Origin: a virus
Lineage: Duplodnaviria; Caudoviricetes
Virus record (IMG/VR): IMGVR_UViG_3300009716_000731
Location: 32,001-96,000 of that record
Direction: 5' to 3' (one strand)
Length of the DNA: 64,000 bases
Under the pieces are notes generated by a model. That model did not search any database. It saw only the letters and a program-made list of their open reading frames with translations, and was not told the DNA's origin. Positions within the stretch are counted from its first letter, which is position 1; each line of letters opens with the position of its first letter. Of the stretch, positions 29,976 to 39,504 are shown one piece after another. The position numbers were made by a program, and so were the translations under genes.

Positions 29976-30027
29976 AGATGTTTAATAAACATCTTTTTTT
30001 ATTACAAATAAAAAAATAATAAAAAAT

Positions 30028-31260
30028 ATGGATAATATTAATTTAATTGAGTCTTTTTCTGAGTTAAAGGACATGAAAAACATCGATAAAAATTCGATGG
30101 TGAAAATAATGCAAGAAGTTTTCAAGACTATTATTGCTAAAAAATATGGAACAGCAGATAACTTCGATATTATTGTTAATCCTAATAAAGGTGATTTAGA
30201 AATCTGGAGAAATAGAATTGTTGTTGAAGATTCTTATGAAGATTTTGACGAAAATTTACATATTAGAATCACTGATGCTAATAGAATTGAGGATGGTTTT
30301 GAATTAGGTGAGGACTTTACTGATGAATTAAAAATTGCAGATATTGGTAGAAGATCAATCTCAACAATTCGTCAATTTCTAAAATCTAAAATTTTAGATT
30401 TAGGTAAGCAAAATATCTATAAGAAATATAAAGAAAGAGAAAACGAAATTATTGTAGGTGAAGTTCATCAAGTAACTCGCAAAGAAGTAGTTATTTTAGA
30501 TGATGAAGGTGCAGAATTTATTTTACCAAGAACTGAACAAGTACCCGGTGATTACTTTAGAAAAGGCGACTCTGTTAGAGCATTATTAAAAAGTGTTGAG
30601 ATTGATGCAGGTAAACTACATATGATTTTATCAAGAACATCTAATAAATTTATGGAGAAATTATTCGAATATGAAATTCCAGAAGTTTTTGATGGTTTAG
30701 TTATTATCAAAGGTGTTGTAAGAGAACCTGGTAAAAAGGCAAAAGTTGCAGTTGAATCTTACGATGATAGAGTAGATGTTGTTGGAACTTGTGTTGGTGT
30801 TAAAGGTGGTAAAATTTTACCAATTGTTAGAGAGTTAAATAATGAGAATATTGATATTATTAACTATACAACTAACAGTTCACTTTATGTTATGAGAGCT
30901 TTAGGTAATATGAAATGTGATGTTACTATTGACAATGTTACTAAAAGAGCTATTGTTACTATGCCATCTGAGTTTATTTCATCTTCGATTGGTAAAGGTG
31001 GGTTAAATATTAAATTAGCTAGTAAATTAACAGGTTATAAAATTGACTTATACAGTGATGATATTTCTGATGAAGATGTTCACTTAGATGATTTCATTGA
31101 TGAAATTGATGGTTGGATTATTGATCAACTTAAAGAAATTGGTTGTGATACTGCAAAGAGTGTATTAAAACATTCAGTTTCTGAATTAGTAAAACGAACA
31201 GATTTAGAAGAAGAAACCATTAGAGAAGTAATAAATATATTAAGTTCAGAGTTTGAATAA
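30028..31260 (+). CDS. nusA: Transcription termination/antitermination factor NusA
   Basis: Bacteroidota-type N-terminus, S1 domain, LSR, EIPEV, REPGKKAKVAV, CVGVKG, IGKGGLNIKLA. Confidence 0.95.
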   Translation: MDNINLIESFSELKDMKNIDKNSMVKIMQEVFKTIIAKKYGTADNFDIIVNPNKGDLEIWRNRIVVEDSYEDFDENLHIRITDANRIEDGFELGEDFTDELKIADIGRRSISTIRQFLKSKILDLGKQNIYKKYKERENEIIVGEVHQVTRKEVVILDDEGAEFILPRTEQVPGDYFRKGDSVRALLKSVEIDAGKLHMILSRTSNKFMEKLFEYEIPEVFDGLVIIKGVVREPGKKAKVAVESYDDRVDVVGTCVGVKGGKILPIVRELNNENIDIINYTTNSSLYVMRALGNMKCDVTIDNVTKRAIVTMPSEFISSSIGKGGLNIKLASKLTGYKIDLYSDDISDEDVHLDDFIDEIDGWIIDQLKEIGCDTAKSVLKHSVSELVKRTDLEEETIREVINILSSEFE

Positions 31261-31286
31261 AAAAAGACCCAATTGGGTCTTTTTTT
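31259..31286. terminator. Bidirectional intrinsic terminator
   Basis: A-run GACCC-AATT-GGGTC T-run. Confidence 0.8.
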
Positions 31287-31869
31287 ATATCTTATAGTTA
31301 TCAAAGTCAGAGTATTTTGGTTTCTCATTTACTAAATAATATTTTTCTGTTATTCCGTTATATTTTATGATTTTTAGGAAAGCATCCGGTACGGTTGCAC
31401 CACTTGGTAATTTTATAGAATTTGGTGAGAATATTAGTTTTATTTCAACTTCAACCGAATATTTTTTAGCTAATTCCCTTTCATAGATTTCGAGTAATCT
31501 CCAAGCTCCTCTGTTAAGATATTGATTTTGTAAAGCACAATTTAGATAAGTAAATGTTTTATATAAGGTTTCTTTATCACAGTTAAAGTCCGCAGCAGGA
31601 GCACAATGCCCTTTATCATAGATATTATTTTCATAATCTTTATCATCTGACGTTTTGTATTCTTTTTCTATATAGAAATCCATACCTTGTCTGGATGCTT
31701 GGTCATTTTGACATAAAATTTTATAGTTAACTCTTAGTGGTTGTTCTAATTTTTCTGAGTAAACAACTTTGAATATTCCTTTATCAATGAAAACACTATC
31801 TCTTAGTGTTTGTGATAATGAAATAAAACTTACCAATAAAAGTAAAGTGGTAAATAAAATCCTTTTCAT
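31285..31869 (-). CDS. Secreted DNA/RNA non-specific endonuclease (NucA/EndoG family)
   Basis: Signal peptide; YDKGHCAPAAD, TF..LN..LQ...LNRGAWRLLE, VPDAF. Confidence 0.9.
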   Translation of the reverse strand: MKRILFTTLLLLVSFISLSQTLRDSVFIDKGIFKVVYSEKLEQPLRVNYKILCQNDQASRQGMDFYIEKEYKTSDDKDYENNIYDKGHCAPAADFNCDKETLYKTFTYLNCALQNQYLNRGAWRLLEIYERELAKKYSVEVEIKLIFSPNSIKLPSGATVPDAFLKIIKYNGITEKYYLVNEKPKYSDFDNYKI

Positions 31870-31913
31870 AAAATCTTTTTTATGTATATATAAAAATTAA
31901 TATATATAATTTT

Positions 31914-32069
31914 ATGAGATCAATAGTAGCAATAATTCTAATTATTATATCATTTACGTTAGGTATTTTATCTGATGTTAACTATTTCAATGATGTAAGA
32001 TATCCTGTATTTTCATCATTTGTTTTATTCCTAGTATCTATGTATATTCTTTGTACTAAGAAGAAGTAA
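31914..32069 (+). CDS. Small two-TM membrane protein (51 aa)
   Basis: Manual translation MRSIVAIILIILSFTLGIL...FVLFLVSMYILCTKKK; AATATATA upstream. Confidence 0.5.
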   Translation: MRSIVAIILIIISFTLGILSDVNYFNDVRYPVFSSFVLFLVSMYILCTKKK

Positions 32070-32219
32070 TAACGTAAACTAGAACCTTACCGTGTTCTTT
32101 TATAAATTTAAGCTCACCGTGAAATCCTAAGCTTTTAGCTTTAGTTGAGTATTTATCATATAAGTCATCAAACTTACTTTCAAACACTTTTACCTTTTCA
32201 ATTCCTAACTTTTTTAATA

Positions 32220-32891
32220 TCATTCTTTAAGAGGTATTCTTGGATCAACATCAAAATTATCATTGATATACTCTTTTAGTTCATTTTCTATAAAATGTTC
32301 AGGTACAATTTCACTATCCGGTATTTGTGCCATTTTATTACTAATAAAATTTGTAAAGTCGTTAAGAACTTCTGGCTTAATTGCATCAATCAATCTATCT
32401 GAAACTACAAATGCTCTTGAGAATCTATCTTTTAGAGGAACCTGACCTTCCGGTAACATCATATAAGTTTCAACAGATTTTTTTAGAAAGTCAGCATATT
32501 TTGATTGTGGATTTAGATAATCAAAAATAGTATCAAATACTCTATGAGCTAGTCTTGAAGAACCAAATATGGTTCCGACCACAGCTAATATAGGAAAAAA
32601 TGGAGCTAGTGATAAAGGAACAGCAGTTGGTATTATAGAAAATATATTCTTTTTGAGATTAGTTCTTTTCTTAGCCACGATAGCATCCTTAAAAATAGCT
32701 TTAAGAATACCAAAAGTAAAGTTTTCACCTTTAGAATGAAGATAAGTAGCTAAGTGACCTTGTTTAGATAAAGCTACTTGTCTTTTTAATTCTTGTTTAT
32801 CGGTAACACCTATACTTTTTAAGTAGTTAGTGATATTCTTATCATATTTTTCTAAGATTAAGAATTCATTATAATTTTTTATTTTATCCAT
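32220..32891 (-). CDS. Hypothetical protein with CTS-like tag and hydrophobic hairpin
   Basis: Starts MDKIKNYNEFLILE. Confidence 0.7.
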   Translation of the reverse strand: MDKIKNYNEFLILEKYDKNITNYLKSIGVTDKQELKRQVALSKQGHLATYLHSKGENFTFGILKAIFKDAIVAKKRTNLKKNIFSIIPTAVPLSLAPFFPILAVVGTIFGSSRLAHRVFDTIFDYLNPQSKYADFLKKSVETYMMLPEGQVPLKDRFSRAFVVSDRLIDAIKPEVLNDFTNFISNKMAQIPDSEIVPEHFIENELKEYINDNFDVDPRIPLKE

Positions 32892-33804
32892 ATTTCTCGT
32901 AGTATTTAATTATTGTTTCTTTTGCTTTATCTGAAAGTAATTCCATAGTCATTTCTATGTTTTTAGCATTTTCTCTCCATTTTATAGAACCTGACTTTTC
33001 ATCATTATGGATTCCATTCATATAATCTATTCTTTCTTCCCAAGATTCTTTACCATCAATAATATCAAATGGTATTCCTTCACCGTCTATTTCAGGATAT
33101 TTAGAACAAGCTATGTACCACTTTTTACTAGGACTTCTTTCTTTTTTAGTCCAAGTTAATTTTAGTTTATCATACTTATTATCTTTAGGTAGTATTCTAA
33201 ATAATAAAGACATTTTATTCCACATAGAATAACCATCGTGTGATTTTGAACACCATTCAGTATTTTTTGCAGTTTCTGCTGATGCAGTAAAGTTTATAGG
33301 AATTAAAATATCGACTTTATCATCACTAAAAACAATATCATATTTAGCTTCTTCTGTTTGTATTTTATATTCTTCTTGTATTTTAGACATATGACCTTCA
33401 AATTCATATAATGATTTGAATTTTAATATATCATTTTCTAATGTTTTATTTAATTGACCTCCTAAGTAAAATGACCCTTTTTTAACTTTACTTTGATACC
33501 AGCCAGTTGAGAATATAAATAATTTGAAATTTAGATCAGAATCAAAATATCTATCAAATTCTTCTTCTTTTTCAATTTCATAGTAAGTATCAGCTTTCAT
33601 TTTTTTATACATACTTATAAGCCATTTAGTATATTTACCTGGTTTAGAAAATTCTTTTTTTCTAACTGAAGTAGGATCTAAATTAACTAACTTATAGAAT
33701 ATTTTCTTATCTAAGTCTGGGTACCATTTTTTTCTAATTTCCTCACTTCCGATACTTTTTTCTAAAAGCAATCCTGAAAAATCATCAAATCTTAAAATTT
33801 CCAT
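32884..33804 (-). CDS. Hypothetical protein with CTS-like tag and TxWC motif
   Basis: Likely start MEILRFDDFSGLLLE; KYTKWL, AKNTEWCS (related to 7513). Confidence 0.7.
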   Translation of the reverse strand: MEILRFDDFSGLLLEKSIGSEEIRKKWYPDLDKKIFYKLVNLDPTSVRKKEFSKPGKYTKWLISMYKKMKADTYYEIEKEEEFDRYFDSDLNFKLFIFSTGWYQSKVKKGSFYLGGQLNKTLENDILKFKSLYEFEGHMSKIQEEYKIQTEEAKYDIVFSDDKVDILIPINFTASAETAKNTEWCSKSHDGYSMWNKMSLLFRILPKDNKYDKLKLTWTKKERSPSKKWYIACSKYPEIDGEGIPFDIIDGKESWEERIDYMNGIHNDEKSGSIKWRENAKNIEMTMELLSDKAKETIIKYYEKYG

Positions 33805-33841
33805 ATAAAAACAAAGAATAGTTTTTACTATATATAAAATT

Positions 33842-35185
33842 ATGAATGCAGAAAAGACAATTTCAGATTTTTTATCCAATGAGTACAAAGAGTTTGCTAT
33901 GTACTCAATCGAAGGTCGTGCAATACCTTCTGTTATAGATGGATTTAAGCCAACACATAGAAAAATTATACATATCTCTAATCAAATTTGGAAAACAGGT
34001 AATGAGAAAAATCTAAAAGTTTTTCAATTAGCAGGTAAAGTAGCTTCTGATGCTTTTTATCATCACGGTAATACATCATTAGAAAATGCTATTGTAACGA
34101 TGGCTCAAAAGTTCAAAAACAATGCTCCTTTATTAGAAGAGATTGGACAGTTTGGATCTTTAAGAAGTCCACAACCAGGTGCAGCACGTTATATTGGAAC
34201 TAAGTTATCTAACAATTTTAGGTTTATCTATAAAGACTTTGATCTTTTAGAATATAAAGAAGAAGAAGGTGAATCAATTGAGCCTCATTACTTTTTACCT
34301 ATTATTCCAACTATCTTATTAAATGGTTCTTCTGGTATTGCAGTAGGATTCTCATCTAATATCTTAAATAGAGACATTAAAGACATTATAGATTCTTGTA
34401 CTAAGGTTTTAGCGGGAAAGAAACAATCGTTGATAAAACCTTCTCTAAATGAGTTTACTGGTGAGTTTATACAAGATAAAGAGAATAATAAAAGATGGAT
34501 AATAAGAGGTAGATTCCAAAAGGTAAATACATCTACGGTTAAAATATTAGAGTTACCACCTTCTATGACTTATGAGAAATATGAAGAGATATTAGATAAG
34601 TTAGTTGATAATAAAGATATAGTTTCCTATGATGATAATTGTAAAGATAATATAGATTATACAATTAAGTTTCAGAGAAGTGTTTTAGAGAAGTTAGATG
34701 ATACAGCTTTAATAAAGCTATTGAAGTTAGAAGAATCATCAACTGAGATATTTACTTCATTAGATGAGAGAGGTAAATTAAAAATATTTGAAACTGCGGA
34801 AGAGATTATAGAATATTTTACTAACTTTAGATTAACTTATTATATTAAGAGAAAAGAGTATTTATTAGATAAATTGAATAAAGAGCTAAAAATACTAAGT
34901 AATCGTGGAAGATTCATAAAGGCTATTTTAGATGAGAAAATTAAAATTAATAATGTTGCTAAATCAGAAATAATTGAGTCTATAAAGTCATTAGGTTTAG
35001 ATTTAGTAGATGATTCATATGATTACTTATTAAGAATGCCAATTTACTCTTTAACTAAAGAGCTTTTTGAAAAACTAAAAGAAGATTTTACAAAGAAAAA
35101 GCAAGAAATAAAAGAGTTAGAAGAAACAGATCCTAAAAATATGTATTTAGAGGATCTTCAAGAACTGAAAAAAAGATATAAATAA
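33842..35185 (+). CDS. Type II DNA topoisomerase medium subunit (T4 gp52 / GyrA-ParC N-terminal-like)
   Basis: RAIPSVIDGFKPTHRK, YHHG, GQFG, AARY catalytic Tyr, GIAVGF. Confidence 0.95.
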   Translation: MNAEKTISDFLSNEYKEFAMYSIEGRAIPSVIDGFKPTHRKIIHISNQIWKTGNEKNLKVFQLAGKVASDAFYHHGNTSLENAIVTMAQKFKNNAPLLEEIGQFGSLRSPQPGAARYIGTKLSNNFRFIYKDFDLLEYKEEEGESIEPHYFLPIIPTILLNGSSGIAVGFSSNILNRDIKDIIDSCTKVLAGKKQSLIKPSLNEFTGEFIQDKENNKRWIIRGRFQKVNTSTVKILELPPSMTYEKYEEILDKLVDNKDIVSYDDNCKDNIDYTIKFQRSVLEKLDDTALIKLLKLEESSTEIFTSLDERGKLKIFETAEEIIEYFTNFRLTYYIKRKEYLLDKLNKELKILSNRGRFIKAILDEKIKINNVAKSEIIESIKSLGLDLVDDSYDYLLRMPIYSLTKELFEKLKEDFTKKKQEIKELEETDPKNMYLEDLQELKKRYK

Positions 35186-35232
35186 TTGTTTATATCTAAA
35201 TAAAACATTAATTTTGTAGAAAATAATTAAAA

Positions 35233-36483
35233 ATGAAACAACAACTTGTAGATTTGATACATAGCAAAGCGCCTGGTTCTAAACCACTTTTCTTGGTGGT
35301 TAGAGGTTCTCATGCTTATGGTACAAATATAGAAACATCAGACGTCGATTATGCTGGTGTATTTATCCAGTCATTAGATGATATATTGGGTAGTAAATAT
35401 GTAGAGCAAGTAAATGATGATAAGAATGATATTGTTATTTATGAAATAAGACGATTTTTAGAGCTTTTAGGTAAAAACAATCCAACTGTATTAGAACTTC
35501 TTAATACACCAGAGGATTGTATTATTTATAAAGATCCTGTTTTTGATATGATTTTAGAAAATAGAGATCAATTTATTACTAAAGTTTGTGCTAGATCGTT
35601 TGGTGGTTATGCTACTACTCAAATTAATAAATCAAAAGGACTTAATAAGAAACAAAACTGGGAGAAAGATAAAGTAACTCGTAAAGATTTGCTCGACTTC
35701 TGTTATGTTATTGAAGGAGAAAAGTCTATACCTTGGAAAGTATGGAATAATGGCACTTATGAAGAAAAGTTTATAGGTGCTGTAAATATTCCACACGCTA
35801 GAGATATGTATGCTTTATTTTATGATATAAATGCTTATCATGCTTTTAGTGAATCAGTTCCACAAAATGTTAGAGAAGCACATATTAAACTTAGAAAGGA
35901 TGCTGATTTACCAGTAGGTTTAGGTTACAAAGGTTTAGTTAAGCTTGGTGATGTTCTTGAGAAGTCTGATGAAAATGGTATGTTGGATATTAGTACAGAA
36001 GAACTAAAAAATTACATTTCTGGTTCTATTGTGAATTCTAATCAACTACGTCTTTCAAGTATTCCAAAAGGTGAGACTCCAATTTGTACAATTTTCTATA
36101 ACAAAGATGGTTACTCTGAGCATTGTAAAGACTTTAGAGAATATGAGGAATGGTTAGAGAAAAGAAACACTCAAAGATGGGTTGATGTTAAATCACACGG
36201 TCAACAAATCGACGGTAAAAATATGCTTCATTGTGTAAGATTAGTTGATATGTCTCGTGAGATTGCAGAAGGTAAAGGAATTATAGTAAGACGACCTAAT
36301 GCTGAGCAACTTCTTGCGATTAGAAGAGGTGAAGTTGATCTTCAATCTTTGATTGATTATGTTGAAAAAGAGATTGTTGAAGTCGATAGAATTTTCAAAG
36401 AGTCTAATCTACCTGATAAAGTATCAGAAGAGTTTATAAATGATTTGTTAATTAAAATTAGAAAAATATCATATGGTTTTTAG
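35233..36483 (+). CDS. Pol-beta family nucleotidyltransferase (RlaP/NrdC.11-like)
   Basis: RGSHAYGT...SDVDYAGVF, NNPTVLELL, DGKNMLHCVRL. Confidence 0.88.
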   Translation: MKQQLVDLIHSKAPGSKPLFLVVRGSHAYGTNIETSDVDYAGVFIQSLDDILGSKYVEQVNDDKNDIVIYEIRRFLELLGKNNPTVLELLNTPEDCIIYKDPVFDMILENRDQFITKVCARSFGGYATTQINKSKGLNKKQNWEKDKVTRKDLLDFCYVIEGEKSIPWKVWNNGTYEEKFIGAVNIPHARDMYALFYDINAYHAFSESVPQNVREAHIKLRKDADLPVGLGYKGLVKLGDVLEKSDENGMLDISTEELKNYISGSIVNSNQLRLSSIPKGETPICTIFYNKDGYSEHCKDFREYEEWLEKRNTQRWVDVKSHGQQIDGKNMLHCVRLVDMSREIAEGKGIIVRRPNAEQLLAIRRGEVDLQSLIDYVEKEIVEVDRIFKESNLPDKVSEEFINDLLIKIRKISYGF

Positions 36484-37078
36484 TATTGCGTGTTTAGGAT
36501 TTTTTTGTTTAGGTATTCTTTTAACTAACTTGTATAATAAAATTATGTACAAGAGAGAATCTGATAAGATATTAAAAGAGAGAAATTCATTCTTTTCTAA
36601 GGTTTTAGAAAAAATCTATTCTAATGAGGTTCAATTTAAGGATAGAATAAATAATTCTGTTACGTTAACAACGTCAATTGAAGGAACTGGTTTTATTGAT
36701 ATTGTTTATATTATGGATAATAGACAAGACGTTGCTATTTTTAGAAATGGTAAGTGTATTTATACAACCGATGGTATTGATGAAAATATTGTTGATGAAT
36801 TGATAACTACTATTAATATCTATTTCAAGTCAGAGATAAATGATGTTATAAGTGTTTTAGGTATGATATTTTATAAACCTACATTTGAATCAAAATTTGG
36901 AATTAAGTTATCTGACTTAAAAGCAATGTATAATTTCGATGAAGAGTTTGAAAATAAAGCTAAGCAAAAAAGTGTTAAGTCTTATAATATAGATGAAATC
37001 TTGGACAAAATTAGTGCTCAAGGTATTCAAAGCTTAACTTTAGAAGAGAAAAAGTTTTTAGATAACTATAATGGATGA
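36473..37078 (+). CDS. Membrane-anchored protein with C-terminal DUF6576-like helix pair
   Basis: N-terminal TM; IDEILDKISAQGIQSLTLEEKKFL. Confidence 0.7.
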   Translation: MVFSIACLGFFCLGILLTNLYNKIMYKRESDKILKERNSFFSKVLEKIYSNEVQFKDRINNSVTLTTSIEGTGFIDIVYIMDNRQDVAIFRNGKCIYTTDGIDENIVDELITTINIYFKSEINDVISVLGMIFYKPTFESKFGIKLSDLKAMYNFDEEFENKAKQKSVKSYNIDEILDKISAQGIQSLTLEEKKFLDNYNG

Positions 37079-37373
37079 TATTAATACCGTAAGTCAATTT
37101 GTTATAAAAGATTATAGAACTATACAAGGTACGATAAATATCATCTTTGAGATAGATAATAACTACTTTTATATTGAAGATGATTTTGAAAAAATAAAAG
37201 ATGTTGATAAGATGCCGGTTTATATAAAAAAAGACTGGTATAAGTATAATAAAAAAGAATTAACACTTGAAGTTATTAATTCTCATATTTCATTCTCTAA
37301 AGAATTAGAAGATGATGATTTATTTAGAAACTTGGTATCTATACGAAGAGATTATATTATTGATAAACTATAA
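37071..37373 (+). CDS. Hypothetical protein with C-terminal motif variant
   Basis: Ends IRRDYIIDKL. Confidence 0.6.
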   Translation: MDDINTVSQFVIKDYRTIQGTINIIFEIDNNYFYIEDDFEKIKDVDKMPVYIKKDWYKYNKKELTLEVINSHISFSKELEDDDLFRNLVSIRRDYIIDKL

Positions 37374-37402
37374 AAAAACCACTCAATAGAGTGGTTTTAT
37401 TT

Positions 37403-37954
37403 TTATAGTGGAAGTTCTTCTTCTCCTTCTTCTGTTTGACCTTGTGCCTGACCTTGACCTTGTGCCTGACCTTGACCTTGTGCCTGACCTTGACCTTGTG
37501 CTTGACCTTGTGCAGGTGCTTGAGTCTGTGGTTCTTCAAATTCATCATCACCTTGTGCTTGACCTTCTGGTTGAGCTTGCATTTGTGGTTGAGCTTGCAT
37601 TTGTGGTTGAGCTTGCGGTTCAGTTTGTACTTGTACTTGACCTTGTCCTTGAGTTTGAGCTTGAGTTTGACCACCCATTATTGCACCACCTGGAATTTTA
37701 TCAACATCAACAAAGTTAAGTGTTACATATTTAATTATTTCCTCAGCAATATCTACATCACCAAAAAATTGACGTAAATTTTTACCTGTGGTGTCTTTTA
37801 CTTTTTTTACATAAGCATTAATAAGAGATTGAGGAATATCAATCATAGTTTTTACTTTATAAATATCATTTACTTGTAATACTGATTCTCTTATTATTTC
37901 TTCTCTATTTTTCTTAATACGAAAAGATTCAAATTTTTTAACGTGTTTCATCAT
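37403..37954 (-). CDS. CTS-tagged protein with Q/G/A-rich low-complexity tail
   Basis: Starts MKHVKKFESF; QGQAQG and QPQMQA repeats. Confidence 0.75.
   Translation of the reverse strand: MMKHVKKFESFRIKKNREEIIRESVLQVNDIYKVKTMIDIPQSLINAYVKKVKDTTGKNLRQFFGDVDIAEEIIKYVTLNFVDVDKIPGGAIMGGQTQAQTQGQGQVQVQTEPQAQPQMQAQPQMQAQPEGQAQGDDEFEEPQTQAPAQGQAQGQGQAQGQGQAQGQGQAQGQTEEGEEELPL
37437..37620. repeat. Two in-frame 18-bp tandem repeat arrays
   Basis: TGACCTTGTGCCTGACCT x3 or more; TGGTTGAGCTTGCATTTG x~2.7. Confidence 0.85.
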
Positions 37955-38009
37955 TAAAGATTAATTTTTTTATTATATATTAATATTAAAAACTCATTTT
38001 TTTCACTTT

Positions 38010-38522
38010 TTAGTGAATTATTCCAACAGATATTAAAACTAATCCAACTATAGCCAGTGTTCCTAAAGAACCACCTACCCACATCTTAGTTTTCATCTTA
38101 CCGATCTGTTTATCTTTAATATCAATTTGTTCTTTTTGATTAGCTAGTTGTGATTCGAGAACTTGATTTCTTTGCATCCAAGATAAAATTTCACCTTGTA
38201 AGTCTGTAATTTTACCATCTTTTATTACTAATTGTCCTTCTAATTTACCCACCGTAATATTTAATTTAGCAATAGCTTCATCTTTTTCTGAAATTACTTT
38301 TACACAAAGAGTTTCATATTCTTTCATCTCAATAGAAAGTTTTTCAAATTTTTCTAAAAGATCAGAACTATTATTTAATTTCATAGCTTGTGGTATTGTC
38401 ATTACGACGACTTTTTGTCCTAATGAATCTATCTCAAATTTAGGATATTTTATTTCTGGAGTTACTTGTGCAAATAAAGTAACACTTATTAGTAGTGTTA
38501 ATAATGTTAATAAATTTTTCAT
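38010..38522 (-). CDS. Signal peptide, coiled coil and C-terminal TM protein (spanin-like candidate)
   Basis: LFA-Q signal cleavage site, heptad-rich middle, C-terminal hydrophobic helix. Confidence 0.55.
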   Translation of the reverse strand: MKNLLTLLTLLISVTLFAQVTPEIKYPKFEIDSLGQKVVVMTIPQAMKLNNSSDLLEKFEKLSIEMKEYETLCVKVISEKDEAIAKLNITVGKLEGQLVIKDGKITDLQGEILSWMQRNQVLESQLANQKEQIDIKDKQIGKMKTKMWVGGSLGTLAIVGLVLISVGIIH

Positions 38523-38525
38523 AAA

Positions 38526-38933
38526 CTAATTTAATTTTTTATTTAAGGATTCTAATAGTTGCTCGTCTGTTAATTGTGGTGGATTTTTCTTAAAATCTTC
38601 AATCTCTTGTCTTGTTTTAGTTATTCCACCTTTTAGATTATCTAATTCAGCTTTAGTCTTATTTGCCTTTTCGATAGCAAGTCTGGCTTCTTTTTTAGCT
38701 TGAGTAACCTCTATTGATTTCTTCTTATCTTCAGCATCTTTTAGTTGGTATTTAGTTTTCCAATTTGCAATGTCTGCATCAATAGCATTTTTTTCTTCTT
38801 CTAGTTTCTCATATTTTTGTTCTAACTCTTTTAGTCTTTCTTTATCTTCATCATTTCCTGACAAATACCATTTTAGACCAAAAAAAGAAACTATTACTAA
38901 AAGAGCTATTATAATATAATGTTCTAATTTCAT
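38526..38933 (-). CDS. N-terminal TM plus coiled-coil protein (i-spanin-like candidate)
   Basis: YIIIALLVIVSFFGL followed by a long charged coiled coil. Confidence 0.55.
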   Translation of the reverse strand: MKLEHYIIIALLVIVSFFGLKWYLSGNDEDKERLKELEQKYEKLEEEKNAIDADIANWKTKYQLKDAEDKKKSIEVTQAKKEARLAIEKANKTKAELDNLKGGITKTRQEIEDFKKNPPQLTDEQLLESLNKKLN

Positions 38934-38999
38934 AAAATTGCCTTTTTTTATTTTATATATTAAATATTTTATATATATTTGCAAATAAATTATTATATA

Positions 39000-39503
39000 A
39001 TGAAATTAATATGTTTTGATTTAGATGATACTCTGTGTCATACTATGAAACCTGAGGAGGGAAAACCTTTATGGAAAGAAAAAACTGGTCAAGATTGGCC
39101 TCACCGTGGTTGGTGGAGTAAGCCAGAAACTTTAGATTTAGATATTTTTGATACAAAAGTAAATCCTTATGTTTATGAAGAGTATCTTAAAGCTGTTTCT
39201 GATCCAGATAACTATGTTATTTGTGCAACTGGTCGTGTTGAAAAATTAAGACCAGAAGTTGAGGCATTGTTAAGTAAATTAAACTTAGCATTTGATGCTA
39301 TTTACTTGAATACTGGTGGTGATACTTTTACATTCAAATGTAGGTTATTTGAGAAATTAATTAGAAAATTAGGTGTTGATGAATTCGTTATGTATGACGA
39401 CCGTTACGAACATTTAGTTGAATTTGAAAAATGGGCTAAAACAATTGACTGTAGAATTACTATAATTGATGTAAAAAACAAAACAAAAAAAGTTTTTAAG
39501 TAA
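39000..39503 (+). CDS. HAD phosphatase (Swiss-Army-knife RNA-repair-like)
   Basis: CFDLDDTL, GWWS, ATGR, TFTFK, MYDDR. Confidence 0.8.
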   Translation: MKLICFDLDDTLCHTMKPEEGKPLWKEKTGQDWPHRGWWSKPETLDLDIFDTKVNPYVYEEYLKAVSDPDNYVICATGRVEKLRPEVEALLSKLNLAFDAIYLNTGGDTFTFKCRLFEKLIRKLGVDEFVMYDDRYEHLVEFEKWAKTIDCRITIIDVKNKTKKVFK

Positions 39504-39504
39504 A

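Noticed and set aside
37357-37777. Overlapping repetitive ORFs (37357-, 37408+, 37436+) or a CRISPR-like array
   Set aside because: These are alternative-frame shadows of the 18-bp coding repeats; there are no unique spacers.
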